A stretch of 64,000 nucleotides of DNA from positions 31,811-95,810 of the forward strand of contig JAZLDW010000026.1 in the NCBI GenBank assembly GCA_045614945.1. The letters run 5' to 3'. A model generated the notes under the pieces. It made no database searches. It had not been told where the DNA came from and was given only the letters and a program-made list of their open reading frames with translations. The DNA comes from Clostridia bacterium. GTDB taxonomy: Bacteria > Bacillota > Clostridia > Monoglobales > Monoglobaceae. The translations under genes and the position numbers were made by a program. This document shows positions 29,801 through 39,335 of this stretch, piece by piece. Each line of letters starts with the position of its first letter. Positions within the stretch are counted from its first letter, which is position 1.

Positions 29801-31018
29801 CTTTCCTTCGTACTTTGCAAGAAGGTTAAGGTTTATAGATGACAATGTCTTGAAGGATATAACTACTTGTTCGCCCTCTAAAAGGCCCTTTGTATATTTG
29901 CTGAGGTATCCTGAGTTTTTAGACGACATATAACGGGTATCCTTTACGCCTGAGCGATATGTGTCCCCTTCGAGAATACCTTTTCCTGCAACATCTGCAG
30001 TTGTATCTCCAGCATAGTTTGCGTATTTAGCAAGAGTACCATCATATAACTGTCTGTTCTTAAGCGGTGTTCCGTCCGGCTTAAAGGCAGAATTAAAATA
30101 TCCTGCTGCGGCCGGTGGAGCTGCAGCTGTTACAGTATCAAAATTGATCGTAGGAACTACCTCGATGCCATATGGTTTCTTTTCAAGGGTTGACGCATCA
30201 AAGCTACCACCTGAAATCTTACTTACCCTAAGATTATCCCAGCATCCATACTCAAAATAGAAACGAGTATAAGGAGCGGTAAAACGGTTATCTGTTGTAT
30301 ATGTGAGTGTGTTCACATCAGCAAGTTCACCATCTGAAACTTTAACAAGCTTTTGCAAATGTCCGTTTACATATACAGATGCTGTGATTGAGGATTCACC
30401 CACAGCATAAACAACATTTATGCTAATCCACTCATCATCAGGTACCGGCAAGTATGCCATTTCTGTGTTTGCACCATTGTAGAGAACAAACTCATTGTCA
30501 GGTGTCAAAGCAAAGTATGTAAGATCCGCAGGATTTTCTGCTCCTATGTTTGCTTTAGCTCTGAATTTAGCGTACTTCGTCGCTCCGTCAAGGGCAACGG
30601 TGTTAAAATCAGCAGAAACAACAAGCGTGTCACCCGCAACCAAACCCTTGTGCGCATCAAGAGATGGATTAGTAGTCGATTGATAATAAAGGTTGTTGCT
30701 TCCTGACTGCAAATATTTATCGTTGCTGTTGCCCTTATGGCTTAAAATTGACAGGTTTTTTCCTGAATCAATAGCACCTACTCTGAACTTTTGATTATCA
30801 GTAACAGTTATAGCCTTATTGGCTGCAGTCCATACATCTGTCTCAACTGTCCCATCATTAAACCATCCTGAGTTGAAATCAACGAGAGGCAAGAGGTCAA
30901 CTGTTGTGCTTTCATCCTCTGTTGCAAATGCGACGGGCATTGCACCAAAAGTGGTAGCAAGAATTGCCACAACAGAAAGCCACGCCAAGATTCTTGACTT
31001 AATGCTTGTCTTTTTCAT
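26834..31018 (-). CDS. Large secreted protein: signal peptide + three LamG/concanavalin-like modules + C-terminal SGNH hydrolase
   Basis: 1394 aa. Signal peptide ...AMPVAFA. The signature W..V.V......Y.(N/D)G recurs at three module ends (WISINVVYAV..VYVNGH, WVTVTVVLTA..AYVNNV, WYNVAIQLWP..YYIDGE). The C-terminus has CWGDSLTEG ... DETHFN. No LPXTG or SLH anchor is visible. Confidence 0.75.
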   Translation of the reverse strand: MKKTSIKSRILAWLSVVAILATTFGAMPVAFATEDESTTVDLLPLVDFNSGWFNDGTVETDVWTAANKAITVTDNQKFRVGAIDSGKNLSILSHKGNSNDKYLQSGSNNLYYQSTTNPSLDAHKGLVAGDTLVVSADFNTVALDGATKYAKFRAKANIGAENPADLTYFALTPDNEFVLYNGANTEMAYLPVPDDEWISINVVYAVGESSITASVYVNGHLQKLVKVSDGELADVNTLTYTTDNRFTAPYTRFYFEYGCWDNLRVSKISGGSFDASTLEKKPYGIEVVPTINFDTVTAAAPPAAAGYFNSAFKPDGTPLKNRQLYDGTLAKYANYAGDTTADVAGKGILEGDTYRSGVKDTRYMSSKNSGYLSKYTKGLLEGEQVVISFKTLSSINLNLLAKYEGKRFVSTENTTNGAPEGAPAAVEIDNYSLVARTMAGSLRVLNGEPKTGKYAVNETNYTVSDDTLSEAELPIVDTNKSRTKVVLDGNWVTVTVVLTAGSQTVDTPGSAEAAEVVTVTKPDTITAYVNNVKAFDETPLTENNLFRGLAQFDFTSGALSCIDDFSVDVYKGDSRFDDSAIPGFADKAAEAIGWYGNSIYIDGTETADQLITKIESLASVEDCVLATIAGAQVTGTAYANTASHAIVTGKGGRTYPIPVVQKSTLDSVMETISLDGDDTVVTRDKEDPNTKVNQTGVSYEKFGKGSGELAYTWTTGLEEEELIWKRSHLFDLAGSHAVFGGDGRLNAVASKPFYMTFDVLHDGSLKANAQEGNNIRLFGNMYLQDVATGDLDENYTLTSLMNINTTDEGLEFSVNSGDSANSIIKVADGNQKQWYNVAIQLWPCSDKIDYYIDGELVMSSKFCRGYVSIFESYFDIYRTGFHVDNVVADVGVYNPVPKAPVSLDFPELAEGYEVAEDGKTLIINKNATIDEDVVAGIVVNGGEISGLTADGEAATFANEIDQILVKAGDSLHYYPIKTRTGMSRTEIADGRWMIDVADGMGNSTNAKVYIAKYEDGILTNLTKCEVDKVDGDTWFTDAEIEDGDRVFVWGTDGKITPVYKEIIAKIVCWGDSLTEGVAGNGVTYPDELAKMLIDYQVANMGVAGESLITIAARSGALNIIVGEDLDLPADRTEVDIKISSTELFNEEDAGMVAPCSNSRGGWNPVTIILEDGTEIKGTLNTAYALNEDGVHALTKARFTRSEKGEEVEIPAGSKIKIDAHDVEGDINIYWAGTNRGWDNTDTSDCDADDLIIALKKMILENAGYDMTEFASNTVILNADLSVLVPDAKYIVLGLTAEGCENRTPGVNEELAQAFGDNFLDLKEYLATEGALTDAGIEATEQDIEYIADGKVPFSLLGGYRYPNEPERADETHFNEHGYRLIAKQVYNKIIALGY
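26943..27013. repeat. Near-identical DNA block shared with 25784-25854
   Basis: See the partner repeat. Confidence 0.9.
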
Positions 31019-31128
31019 AAAATTTCCTCCTGTATGTATAGCATTTTATATATTTTACAAATTATATTCCAATTGTAACAAATTTGTATCATAAAGTCAA
31101 TAGTTTTTATGCAAAGAGATATACTTTT

Positions 31129-32088
31129 TTACACCTCATTAAAGCCTTGATATACTATACTTTGCATCATTTTCTTATCCTTTTTTAGTTGCTCTGACAA
31201 CGCATCTAAACTATCAAACTTTTTTGTGTCTCTCAAAAATGCGCAAAACTCTACCTCTATGACCTCTCCGTATAGACTTCCAAACACACCATCTATGTGG
31301 GTTTCGATGCATTTTATATCTTTCTCTACTGTAGGCTTTAAACCAAGGTTGGTTATAGACCTGTACATCTTATCCCCCACTCTCGTACGGGTTATATACA
31401 CGCCTGGTTTTGGCAGAATAACCTCGTCCGGTATCTCGATGTTTGCTGTAGGAAACCCAAGTCTTTCCCCACCGATTTGGTTTCCGTATACAACCTCGCC
31501 CCTGATTGAGAAATATCTGCCAAGCATTTTTGCCACATCTTCTACATCACCTTGTGTCAGCTTTTCTCTTATCAGAGTGCTTGAAACCACTTCTCCGCTA
31601 AGTTCAATCTGTGGCATAACGGTTACATCAATGGCATGTTTTTTGCACTCATTTTTTAATGCCTGTGCATCACCCACTCCGCCCTTTCCAAAGCGATAGT
31701 TATATCCTACCGAAACAAGCGATGCTCCAAAAATTTTGTGAAGATAAAGTGACACAAAATCTTTATACTTTATGTTCATATATTCCGCGTCAAAATGCGC
31801 TATGCAGACTATATCCACTCCGATACTTCTCAGAATTTCAAGCCTTTTTTCAAGGGTGTTTATCGAAGGGATTTTTTCGCCTCTTATTGCTTCAATCGGG
31901 TTGTTGTCAAATATATGCACAAGTGAGAAAAGACCGTTCTCTCTTGCATGTCTTACTACACTTTTTATTATCGCGGAGTGTCCTATATGCATCGCATCAA
32001 ACTGCCCAAGGGCAATGGCGGTTTTTGTGCTCTGTGTCGTTTTTTGCAACTTTTCTGCATCTGTTTTCAAGTTATAAATCTGCATCAC
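31129..32088 (-). CDS. ribF: Bifunctional riboflavin kinase / FMN adenylyltransferase
   Basis: 319 aa. GQFDAMHIGH nucleotidyltransferase motif and a C-terminal riboflavin kinase domain (GFPTANI). Confidence 0.93.
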   Translation of the reverse strand: MMQIYNLKTDAEKLQKTTQSTKTAIALGQFDAMHIGHSAIIKSVVRHARENGLFSLVHIFDNNPIEAIRGEKIPSINTLEKRLEILRSIGVDIVCIAHFDAEYMNIKYKDFVSLYLHKIFGASLVSVGYNYRFGKGGVGDAQALKNECKKHAIDVTVMPQIELSGEVVSSTLIREKLTQGDVEDVAKMLGRYFSIRGEVVYGNQIGGERLGFPTANIEIPDEVILPKPGVYITRTRVGDKMYRSITNLGLKPTVEKDIKCIETHIDGVFGSLYGEVIEVEFCAFLRDTKKFDSLDALSEQLKKDKKMMQSIVYQGFNEV

Positions 32089-32107
32089 TACACCCCTTTT
32101 TTATTCA

Positions 32108-32986
32108 TTATTCCTGATAAAAGGTTTTGAGTATTTTTAAAACGCCGTTTTCGCATTCAGAAATTGTCAAAAATCTTGCACCTTCATCGTAGACACGGTA
32201 GGTTACACCCTCCTCGATTCCCTGAACGCCCACTCTTACACCATTACACATCAATTTTGCCTTTCTTTGAGAAATGGTTATTCTCGGAAATTCTTCAAAA
32301 GCCTTGTCAATAGGCACGAAAAAGCTCATATCCCCACTTTCATACATTCTCTCAACCTGTTCAAGGCTGTATGATGCGGATATATCGAAAATTCCCGATT
32401 TGGTCCGCTCAAGTCCGGACATATGTGCAAAGCATCCAAGTCGTCTGCCCATGTCATCACAAAGAGTTCGTATATATGTCCCCTTTGAGCAATCAACCCT
32501 CATTGAGAATTTTTTGTTTTCAATGTCTGTCTCTAAAATCACTATACTGTCTATCTTGACTCTTCGGGGCTGCCTTTCTATCTCGATGCCGTCACGCGCA
32601 AGTTCGTATAGTTTTTTGCCATCTATCTTTATCGCAGAATACATAGGAGGTATCTGCTCAATCTCCCCTGTAAACTCCAATGCTACGCGGCGTATGTCTT
32701 CCTCGGTAACATTGACATCTGCGGTTTCGGTGATGTTTCCAGAAGCATCAAGAGTGTCTGTCGCAGAACCCAGAGTTACCTCTGCGATGTACTGCTTGTC
32801 TTTTGCAGTTAACATATCCGAGACCTTGGTCGCCCTGCCAATACACATAGGCAAAACCCCTGATGCATCGGGGTCTAATGTACCCGTATGCCCTATCTTT
32901 TTAATTGACAAAAGCCGCCTCAGTCTGTACACCACATCGTGTGATGTCATACCGAGGGGCTTGTTTATGTTTATTATACCGTTCAT
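32108..32986 (-). CDS. truB: tRNA pseudouridine(55) synthase
   Basis: GHTGTLDP catalytic Asp motif. 292 aa. Confidence 0.95.
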   Translation of the reverse strand: MNGIININKPLGMTSHDVVYRLRRLLSIKKIGHTGTLDPDASGVLPMCIGRATKVSDMLTAKDKQYIAEVTLGSATDTLDASGNITETADVNVTEEDIRRVALEFTGEIEQIPPMYSAIKIDGKKLYELARDGIEIERQPRRVKIDSIVILETDIENKKFSMRVDCSKGTYIRTLCDDMGRRLGCFAHMSGLERTKSGIFDISASYSLEQVERMYESGDMSFFVPIDKAFEEFPRITISQRKAKLMCNGVRVGVQGIEEGVTYRVYDEGARFLTISECENGVLKILKTFYQE

Positions 32987-33001
32987 ATTTTCACCATTTT
33001 A

Positions 33002-33949
33002 CTATAAGCGTTTTTCTATTTCGCATATAAGCTTTTTAAGGTTTTCTTGTCTATTCTTTATTGATACTGAATATCCTGACGCGCGAATGTGTCCTCCACC
33101 GCCAAATAGCGTAGCTATTTCAGATACATCCACATATCTTGATGAGCGCAGGCTTACTTTTACCTCGTCTTCTCCACGCTGTCTGATATATACGCCTACC
33201 TCTACACCCTCCACCCTGTTTGGCAAGGTTACTATCGCAGATGCGTTTTCTTCTTTTACTCCGTATTCTTCAAAGTCAGAATTCATCAGGCTAAGTACAC
33301 AAATCTTCCCATCTGAGTAAAACTCAAGTGAGTTCATCGCCTTTGCCTTAAGCGCAAGATATTCACGAGTAGCTGTGTCAAAAATCTTTTTAGAAATCTC
33401 GGCAAAATCCACCCCCATATCTATAAGGGCTGCCGCGACACGATGAGTGTCCCCCGTCACTGAAGAATATTTAAAATTACCCGTGTCTGTTGCCATGCCG
33501 ATATACATATTTGTTGCTGCATCAACAGAAACTTTTGCGTTCATTTCCTTGAACATATGCCACATAAGCTCACAGGTTGACGAAACATTTTGCACAACCG
33601 TCTTCTTTGCAAACTCCACATGGGTAATGTGATGGTCAATTGCCACAGTGTTTGTGTGTGCCAAAAATATATCCTTCCATTTATCAAGCCTTTTTAAATC
33701 AGCACAATCAAGGGCAATCAGCATATCGCATTTATCAATGTCAATGCAGCTGTCTGATGTACCCTTTACAATATTTATCATTCTCTCTTCAATGCCACCG
33801 CAGAGAAATACCTCTGCGACCTTGCCCATATCCCCAAGCACAAGCTTGAGGGCATATGCGCTGCCAAGGGCATCGCCATCGGGATTTACATGAGTAAAAA
33901 TCCCGATGGTGTCTGCTCTGTTTATCTTTTCAATAATTTTTTCAAACAT
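33002..33949 (-). CDS. nrnA: DHH/DHHA1 phosphoesterase (NrnA-type oligoribonuclease / pAp phosphatase)
   Basis: HVNPDGD, AIDHH and GGGH motifs. Confidence 0.85.
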   Translation of the reverse strand: MFEKIIEKINRADTIGIFTHVNPDGDALGSAYALKLVLGDMGKVAEVFLCGGIEERMINIVKGTSDSCIDIDKCDMLIALDCADLKRLDKWKDIFLAHTNTVAIDHHITHVEFAKKTVVQNVSSTCELMWHMFKEMNAKVSVDAATNMYIGMATDTGNFKYSSVTGDTHRVAAALIDMGVDFAEISKKIFDTATREYLALKAKAMNSLEFYSDGKICVLSLMNSDFEEYGVKEENASAIVTLPNRVEGVEVGVYIRQRGEDEVKVSLRSSRYVDVSEIATLFGGGGHIRASGYSVSIKNRQENLKKLICEIEKRL

Positions 33950-33964
33950 ATCCGTGACCTCTGA

Positions 33965-34303
33965 CTAAAGTTCCTTTAGAATCTCGTTTATCCGCGCGCC
34001 ATACTCAATTGAATCATCGTGCACAAATGTAAATTCTGGAGTATTTCTCAAATTTAACCTGTGTCCGATTTCGCGCCTAATATAACCGCTCGCGCTCTCT
34101 AACGCCGCAATAGCACTGGCTTTAACTTCGTCGCTCCCCATTACGCTTATGTGTGCTTTTGCAAACTTCAAATCTTTTGTTACTTTGACTGCAACCACAG
34201 TAACCATAATCGGAAGTCTTGGGTCTTTCAGCTCACGGATTATTGCACTGAGTTCTCTTTTAACCTCCTCAGAGATTCTGTCTGTTCTGCTGTAATTTGC
34301 CAT
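33965..34303 (-). CDS. rbfA: Ribosome-binding factor A
   Basis: 112 aa with a typical RbfA sequence, located downstream of infB. Confidence 0.95.
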   Translation of the reverse strand: MANYSRTDRISEEVKRELSAIIRELKDPRLPIMVTVVAVKVTKDLKFAKAHISVMGSDEVKASAIAALESASGYIRREIGHRLNLRNTPEFTFVHDDSIEYGARINEILKEL

Positions 34304-34309
34304 TTATTA

Positions 34310-36589
34310 TTACACCTCTACCTGCTCCATTACATAGGCTTCGATAATGTCTCCATCCTTAATATCGTTGTACCTGTCTATACTGATACCACACTCGTAT
34401 CCAGCATTAACCTCTTTGACATCATCCTTAAAACGCTTGAGCGAGCCAAGCTCACCCTCGTGGATAACAATACCATCGCGAACCACGCGCACAAGGCTGC
34501 TGCGCAGAACCTTACCATCAGTAACATAAGCGCCGCCAATTGTGCCAACACCTGATACCTTAAAGGTTGTTCTGATTTCAACATGTCCGATAACTGCCTC
34601 ACGGAATGTTGGCTCAAGCATACCCTTGAGAGCCTTTTCAATATCCTCAATTGCATCATAAATTACTCTGTAGAGTCTGATGTCAACCTCTGAATTCTGC
34701 GCCGATACATCTGCGCCTGCCGTCGGGCGAACATTAAATCCGACAATAATTGCATTAGATGCACTTGCGAGCATAACATCTGACTCGGTAACTGCACCAA
34801 CAGCTCCGTGAATAACATTTACTCTTACTTCTTCATTGGAAACACGAACCAAAGACTGAGTAACTGCCTCAACGCTACCCTGTACATCTGCTTTAACTAT
34901 AATGTTAAGGTCCTTCATCTTACCTGCTTCTATATGCTCAAAGAGGTTGTCAAGAGATATTGCGTTCGCCTTTTGCTGACGGCTCTGCTTCTCTTTGAAT
35001 TTTCTCATCTCTACAACCTCACGGGCTTTACGCTCGTCGCTTACCGCGTAGAACACATCGCCACCCTCGGGAACCTCAGAAAGACCGAGAATCTCAACAG
35101 GGATTGACGGACCCGCTTTTTTAACCGCTTTGCCCTTATCGTCATTCATAGCACGAACATGACCTACCGCTGTACCCGCAACAACAATGTCGCCCACCTT
35201 GAGCGTACCATTCTGCACAAGAACTGTCGCAACAGGTCCTCTGCCCTTATCAAGTTTTGATTCTATAACCGTACCCTTTGCAGCACGATCGGGGTTTGCT
35301 TTGAGTTCTCTCATTTCTGCAACAAGAAGTACCATGTCAAGAAGACCGTCAATGTTTGTGCCATTTTTTGCAGAGACCTCACAACATATGGTATCTCCAC
35401 CCCATTCTTCAGGAACAAGACCATGCTCTGTAAGCTCCTGCTTTACTCTGTCGGGATTTGCTCCTTCTTTATCTATCTTGTTAATTGCAACAATTATGGA
35501 AACCTCTGCCGCTTTGGCGTGGTTTATCGCCTCAACCGTCTGTGGCATAATACCGTCGTCTGCCGCAACTACCAATATTGCAATATCTGTAACCATCGCA
35601 CCACGCGCGCGCATAGCGGTAAACGCCTCGTGTCCGGGAGTATCAAGGAAAGTTATCTTTTTATCGCCAACTCTTACTCTGTGCGCACCTATATGCTGAG
35701 TGATTCCACCAAACTCACCCTCGGTCACATTGGTATTTCTTATAGAGTCAAGAAGCGAAGTCTTACCATGGTCAACATGACCCATTACAACAACAACCGG
35801 CGAGCGCGGTTTTAACATTTCTTCTGTATCCTCGGTATCGTTGAAGAGTTTTTCCTCCTCTGTAAGGATAATTTCCCTCTCGAATGTTCCGCCGAGTTCT
35901 TCTACAATCAAAGACGCAGTATCAAAGTCTATAACCTCGTTAACCGACGCCATAATTCCAAGAAGCATAAGCTTTTTAATAATCTCTGTCGCAGGGCGTT
36001 TCATTCTCTCTGCGAGCTCACCTACTGTGATTTCGGCAGGAATAAGCACATGAACAACTTCTGCCTTTTCCTTCTTTTCCTTGCGCTTTAGCATTTCCTC
36101 GGGCTCACCCTTTTGCTTTGTGCCCATCTGCTTATTTTTCTTCTTTTGGTTAATCTTTTCTATCTTATTGCCCGACTTTACATTATCAGGGATAAGCTCT
36201 TCGATCTTTTCGTCGTCGATTCTGTCAAGGTCAACTGTGTTAACTCTTGTATCAACTGTTCTAAGCTTACGGCCAACCTCTATCTGAGTTTCCAACATAT
36301 CTGCAGCTTCGTTTTCTTCCTGAACCTCTCCTGCCTTACTCTCAGCCTTCTTGTTTGCCTGATCTTTTGCCTTTACTTCTTCTTTCTCTTTTTTCTTCTC
36401 GTCAAAAATCGAAAAATCACTCACCTGATTTTTCTGTGTATAGTATTCAAAAATTACGTCTAATTCATACTCGGAAAGCGCACTCATATGATTTTTTGTA
36501 GAAACATTGTAATCATGAAGAACCTTTACAATTTCCTTGCTCGGAAAACCAAACGCTTTTGAAAGCTCATATGCTCTGATTTTTTCCAT
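34310..36589 (-). CDS. infB: Translation initiation factor IF-2
   Basis: GHVDHGKT G-domain. I prefer the start MEKIRAYEL (ATG 36589), which follows AGGAAAGGA. The ORF is open up to 36619. Confidence 0.97.
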   Translation of the reverse strand: MEKIRAYELSKAFGFPSKEIVKVLHDYNVSTKNHMSALSEYELDVIFEYYTQKNQVSDFSIFDEKKKEKEEVKAKDQANKKAESKAGEVQEENEAADMLETQIEVGRKLRTVDTRVNTVDLDRIDDEKIEELIPDNVKSGNKIEKINQKKKNKQMGTKQKGEPEEMLKRKEKKEKAEVVHVLIPAEITVGELAERMKRPATEIIKKLMLLGIMASVNEVIDFDTASLIVEELGGTFEREIILTEEEKLFNDTEDTEEMLKPRSPVVVVMGHVDHGKTSLLDSIRNTNVTEGEFGGITQHIGAHRVRVGDKKITFLDTPGHEAFTAMRARGAMVTDIAILVVAADDGIMPQTVEAINHAKAAEVSIIVAINKIDKEGANPDRVKQELTEHGLVPEEWGGDTICCEVSAKNGTNIDGLLDMVLLVAEMRELKANPDRAAKGTVIESKLDKGRGPVATVLVQNGTLKVGDIVVAGTAVGHVRAMNDDKGKAVKKAGPSIPVEILGLSEVPEGGDVFYAVSDERKAREVVEMRKFKEKQSRQQKANAISLDNLFEHIEAGKMKDLNIIVKADVQGSVEAVTQSLVRVSNEEVRVNVIHGAVGAVTESDVMLASASNAIIVGFNVRPTAGADVSAQNSEVDIRLYRVIYDAIEDIEKALKGMLEPTFREAVIGHVEIRTTFKVSGVGTIGGAYVTDGKVLRSSLVRVVRDGIVIHEGELGSLKRFKDDVKEVNAGYECGISIDRYNDIKDGDIIEAYVMEQVEV

Positions 36590-36611
36590 ATATTTATCAT
36601 TCCTTTCCTGA

Positions 36612-36920
36612 TTATTCATTTAAAAGTATCAAAAAGTTTTCGGAAAAACCCTCATCTGTAACCGCAACGACAACTGCAAATTTTCTGCCGATTGACGATC
36701 CGATTGTTTCTCTGTCTGCAACATACACCAGCGGAATATTGCGGTATACAGCCATATTGGAAAACTTCTTTTTCGTGTTTTCCGAGGCATCACCTGACAG
36801 TACAATCAGACTTGCCTCACCGGCGCGTATCCGCTCAGTTGCGCGACTCTCTCCTACCGCGAGTTTTCCCGCCTTCATGGCAAGTGAGAGCATTCCCCAA
36901 AACCTTGGATTAACTTCCAT
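36612..36920 (-). CDS. ylxQ: L7Ae-family RNA-binding protein YlxQ
   Basis: [14 protein letters not shown] motif. I prefer the start MEVNP (36920), directly after the ylxR stop. Confidence 0.8.
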   Translation of the reverse strand: MEVNPRFWGMLSLAMKAGKLAVGESRATERIRAGEASLIVLSGDASENTKKKFSNMAVYRNIPLVYVADRETIGSSIGRKFAVVVAVTDEGFSENFLILLNE

Positions 36921-36921
36921 A

Positions 36922-37173
36922 TCAAATTTCACCCGTCTTTTCAATCTGATTGTATACATCTGCTTCAACCTTCACAGAAAATGCCCTCTCAAGCACTCTG
37001 CGCTTCTGCGCGTTTTTTATACACTCCCCGCTTTTGCATATATATGCGCCTCTGCCGGGCATCTTTCCCGATATATCCACACATATTCCGCCATCACTTG
37101 TTTTGGTAATACGCAAAAGCTCGTCTTTGTCTTTGCGCTCTCTGCAAACTGCACACATTCTGACCGGACGCAT
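36922..37173 (-). CDS. ylxR: YlxR/RnpM family (DUF448) RNA-binding protein
   Basis: MRPVRMCAVCRERKDKDELLRI. Its start overlaps the nusA stop (TAATG). Confidence 0.85.
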   Translation of the reverse strand: MRPVRMCAVCRERKDKDELLRITKTSDGGICVDISGKMPGRGAYICKSGECIKNAQKRRVLERAFSVKVEADVYNQIEKTGEI

Positions 37174-38234
37174 TATTCCTCGTCTCCCTCTTCGTTTTCT
37201 CTTGGGTTTACTGCCTTTGCAGAGATGTCAATCTTCCACCCTGTAAGCCTTGCCGCAAGACGAACATTCTGTCCCTCTCTGCCTATAGCAAGCGAGAGCT
37301 GGTCCTCAGGAACAACAACGCTGCACATTTTTTTATCCTCATCAACATCGATAGAGATTACATCGGCTGGGCTGAGTGCGTTTGCAACATACTCTGCAGG
37401 ATTGTCGCTATACTTGATAATATCAATTTTCTCACCGCGAAGTTCACTTATAATTTCCTGAACTCTCATGCCCTTAGGACCAATACATGTACCAACAGGG
37501 TCAATGTTTGGATTGTTTGAATGAACTGCGATTTTACTTCTTGAGCCCGCCTCACGCGAGAGTGATTTAACCTCAATTATACCCTGTCCAATTTCGGGAA
37601 CCTCAAGCTCAAAAAGTCTGCGCACAAGACCAGGGTGTGAACGCGAAACTACAAGGTGCACACCTTTTACAGAGTTTGCAACTTCAACAATAAACACCTT
37701 GTAACGCTCTCCCACTGCATAATTATCAGCACGCACCTGTTCGTTTGGCATAAGTACAGACTCGGCGTTTTCAATCTCAAGCATAACATTTCTCTTTTCA
37801 ATTCTACGAACAATACCGGTCGCAATATCATTCTCGCGGTCAGAATACTCATTTACCATCTTCTCGCGTTCTGCTTCATGAATTCTCTGCAACACAACCT
37901 GTCTTGCAGTCTGTGCCGCAATTCTGCCAAACGACGCAGGAGTTACCTCCTTCTCCACGATATCTCCGACACCGTATTTGGGGTCAATCCGTTTTGCCTC
38001 ATCAACACAAATCTGTGTCTCTTTGTCTTCAACTTCTTCTACAACGGTCTTGCGTGCAATAATTCTGATAGCGCCACCACCTTCATCAAAAACAACGCCA
38101 ATATCAGAAACTGCACCAAAGTGCTTTTTATAAGCCGATATAAGTGCGCTCTCAAGTGCATCAAGAACTATATCGCGGCTTATGCCTTTCTCTTCTTCAA
38201 TCATTTCAAGTGATTCAAAAATCTCTGAACTCAT
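37173..38234 (-). CDS. nusA: Transcription termination/antitermination factor NusA
   Basis: 353 aa with S1 and two KH domains (GPKGMRVQ, IGREGQNVRLA). Confidence 0.97.
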   Translation of the reverse strand: MSSEIFESLEMIEEEKGISRDIVLDALESALISAYKKHFGAVSDIGVVFDEGGGAIRIIARKTVVEEVEDKETQICVDEAKRIDPKYGVGDIVEKEVTPASFGRIAAQTARQVVLQRIHEAEREKMVNEYSDRENDIATGIVRRIEKRNVMLEIENAESVLMPNEQVRADNYAVGERYKVFIVEVANSVKGVHLVVSRSHPGLVRRLFELEVPEIGQGIIEVKSLSREAGSRSKIAVHSNNPNIDPVGTCIGPKGMRVQEIISELRGEKIDIIKYSDNPAEYVANALSPADVISIDVDEDKKMCSVVVPEDQLSLAIGREGQNVRLAARLTGWKIDISAKAVNPRENEEGDEE

Positions 38235-38289
38235 TTTCTAAATCATCCCTTCTTATATCTATGATAAATTTAATTATTATACAAGTTTA

Positions 38290-38751
38290 TTAAAAATCAA
38301 AATGGATTTTTACAAATGTGGTTTCCTTTTGGGCGATTTTTATTGTTTCGCCGCAATTTTCCACCAAAATTACGCCATCTTCAAACCCTTTAAGTGTACA
38401 TGTGAGCTGTTTGCTACCGCCGATTGCCTTGTAAAGTCCAACATCAATTGTCTCACCGATGTATCTTTCAAAATGCTCTTTGGTTTTAAGTTTTCGCTCT
38501 ATTCCGGGAGATGATACCTCAAGATAATAATTTTGCTTTATCGGGTCGCTTATATCAAGCGCATCACTTAACCTACGGCTAATGCTCTCGCATGTGTCAA
38601 GATCAATGCCGCCATCTCTGTCTGCAAAAACACGAAGAAAATAAACGCCGCCTTCTTTTACAAACTCAACATCATAAACAAAGCAACCAAGTGCATCTGT
38701 GATAGGTTTTGCCATATCAATTACTGTAGTTTCAATTTTTGAATATGCCAC
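38290..38751 (-). CDS. rimP: Ribosome maturation factor RimP
   Basis: 153 aa, GTG start after GGGGGTGA. LEVSSPGIERKL motif. Confidence 0.93.
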   Translation of the reverse strand: MAYSKIETTVIDMAKPITDALGCFVYDVEFVKEGGVYFLRVFADRDGGIDLDTCESISRRLSDALDISDPIKQNYYLEVSSPGIERKLKTKEHFERYIGETIDVGLYKAIGGSKQLTCTLKGFEDGVILVENCGETIKIAQKETTFVKIHFDF

Positions 38752-38765
38752 ATAATCACCCCCAT

Positions 38766-38796
38766 AAAATCAAAAGAGTGAGGAACTCCTCACTCT
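38766..38796 (-). terminator. Intrinsic terminator inside the rimP-nusA leader (also the nrdR terminator)
   Basis: 9-bp stem 38775-38783 / 38788-38796 (AGAGTGAGG / CCTCACTCT), followed on the minus strand by UUUUGAUUUU. Confidence 0.75.
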
Positions 38797-38826
38797 CAAT
38801 TGATGTCATATTCATTTTACATACGA

Positions 38827-38855
38827 ATTATATCACAGACGCCCTTTAATGTCAA
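38827..38855 (-). promoter_or_regulatory. Perfect consensus sigma-A promoter for the rimP-nusA-infB operon
   Basis: On the minus strand: TTGACA (38855-38850), 17-nt spacer, TG-extended TATAAT (38832-38827). Confidence 0.7.
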
Positions 38856-38870
38856 GGGTTTATTTGCAAT

Positions 38871-39335
38871 TTACTGTTTTGCACCACCGGTGAGTTTTTC
38901 GAGCTCTTTCTGGAATGTTTCTATATCCTTAAACTTCTTGTAAACCGATGCAAAACGCACATAGGAAACCTCGTCAATACCGCGAAGTCTATCCATAACC
39001 ATCTCACCGATTTTCTCACTCGAAACTTCTCTCTCAAGAGAATTGTGAATAGCTGTTTCTATCTCGTCTAAAATTCCATCAACCGTATCTACTGATACAG
39101 GACGACTTGCGCACGCATTCATAATACCTTTTTGCAGTTTCTCGCGGTCATATGGCTGTCTTGATTTATCCCTTTTTATTACGATGATGGGTACACTCTC
39201 TATCTTCTCATAGGTCGTAAACCTTTTGCCGCAACCCAGACACTCTCTTCTGCGACGGATAGCCGTTCCATCCTCGGTCGAACGGGAGTCTACAACTTTA
39301 CTTTCTATGTTTCCGCAAAAATAACAACGCATCAA
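38871..39335 (-). CDS. nrdR: Transcriptional repressor NrdR
   Basis: N-terminal zinc ribbon (CYFCG...CLGCGKRFTTYE) plus an ATP-cone. Confidence 0.95.
   Translation of the reverse strand: MMRCYFCGNIESKVVDSRSTEDGTAIRRRRECLGCGKRFTTYEKIESVPIIVIKRDKSRQPYDREKLQKGIMNACASRPVSVDTVDGILDEIETAIHNSLEREVSSEKIGEMVMDRLRGIDEVSYVRFASVYKKFKDIETFQKELEKLTGGAKQ

Noticed and set aside
32274-33320. 348-aa plus-strand ORF spanning the truB/nrnA region
   Set aside because: It lies antisense to two strongly supported minus-strand genes and crosses their intergenic gap. Its translation is Ser/Ile/Pro-rich low complexity, and it has no RBS. This is a typical shadow ORF of a codon-biased gene.
36739-37461. 240-aa plus-strand ORF opposite ylxQ/ylxR/nusA
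   Set aside because: Antisense shadow ORF across three conserved genes, with a low-complexity Ser/Phe-rich product and no RBS.
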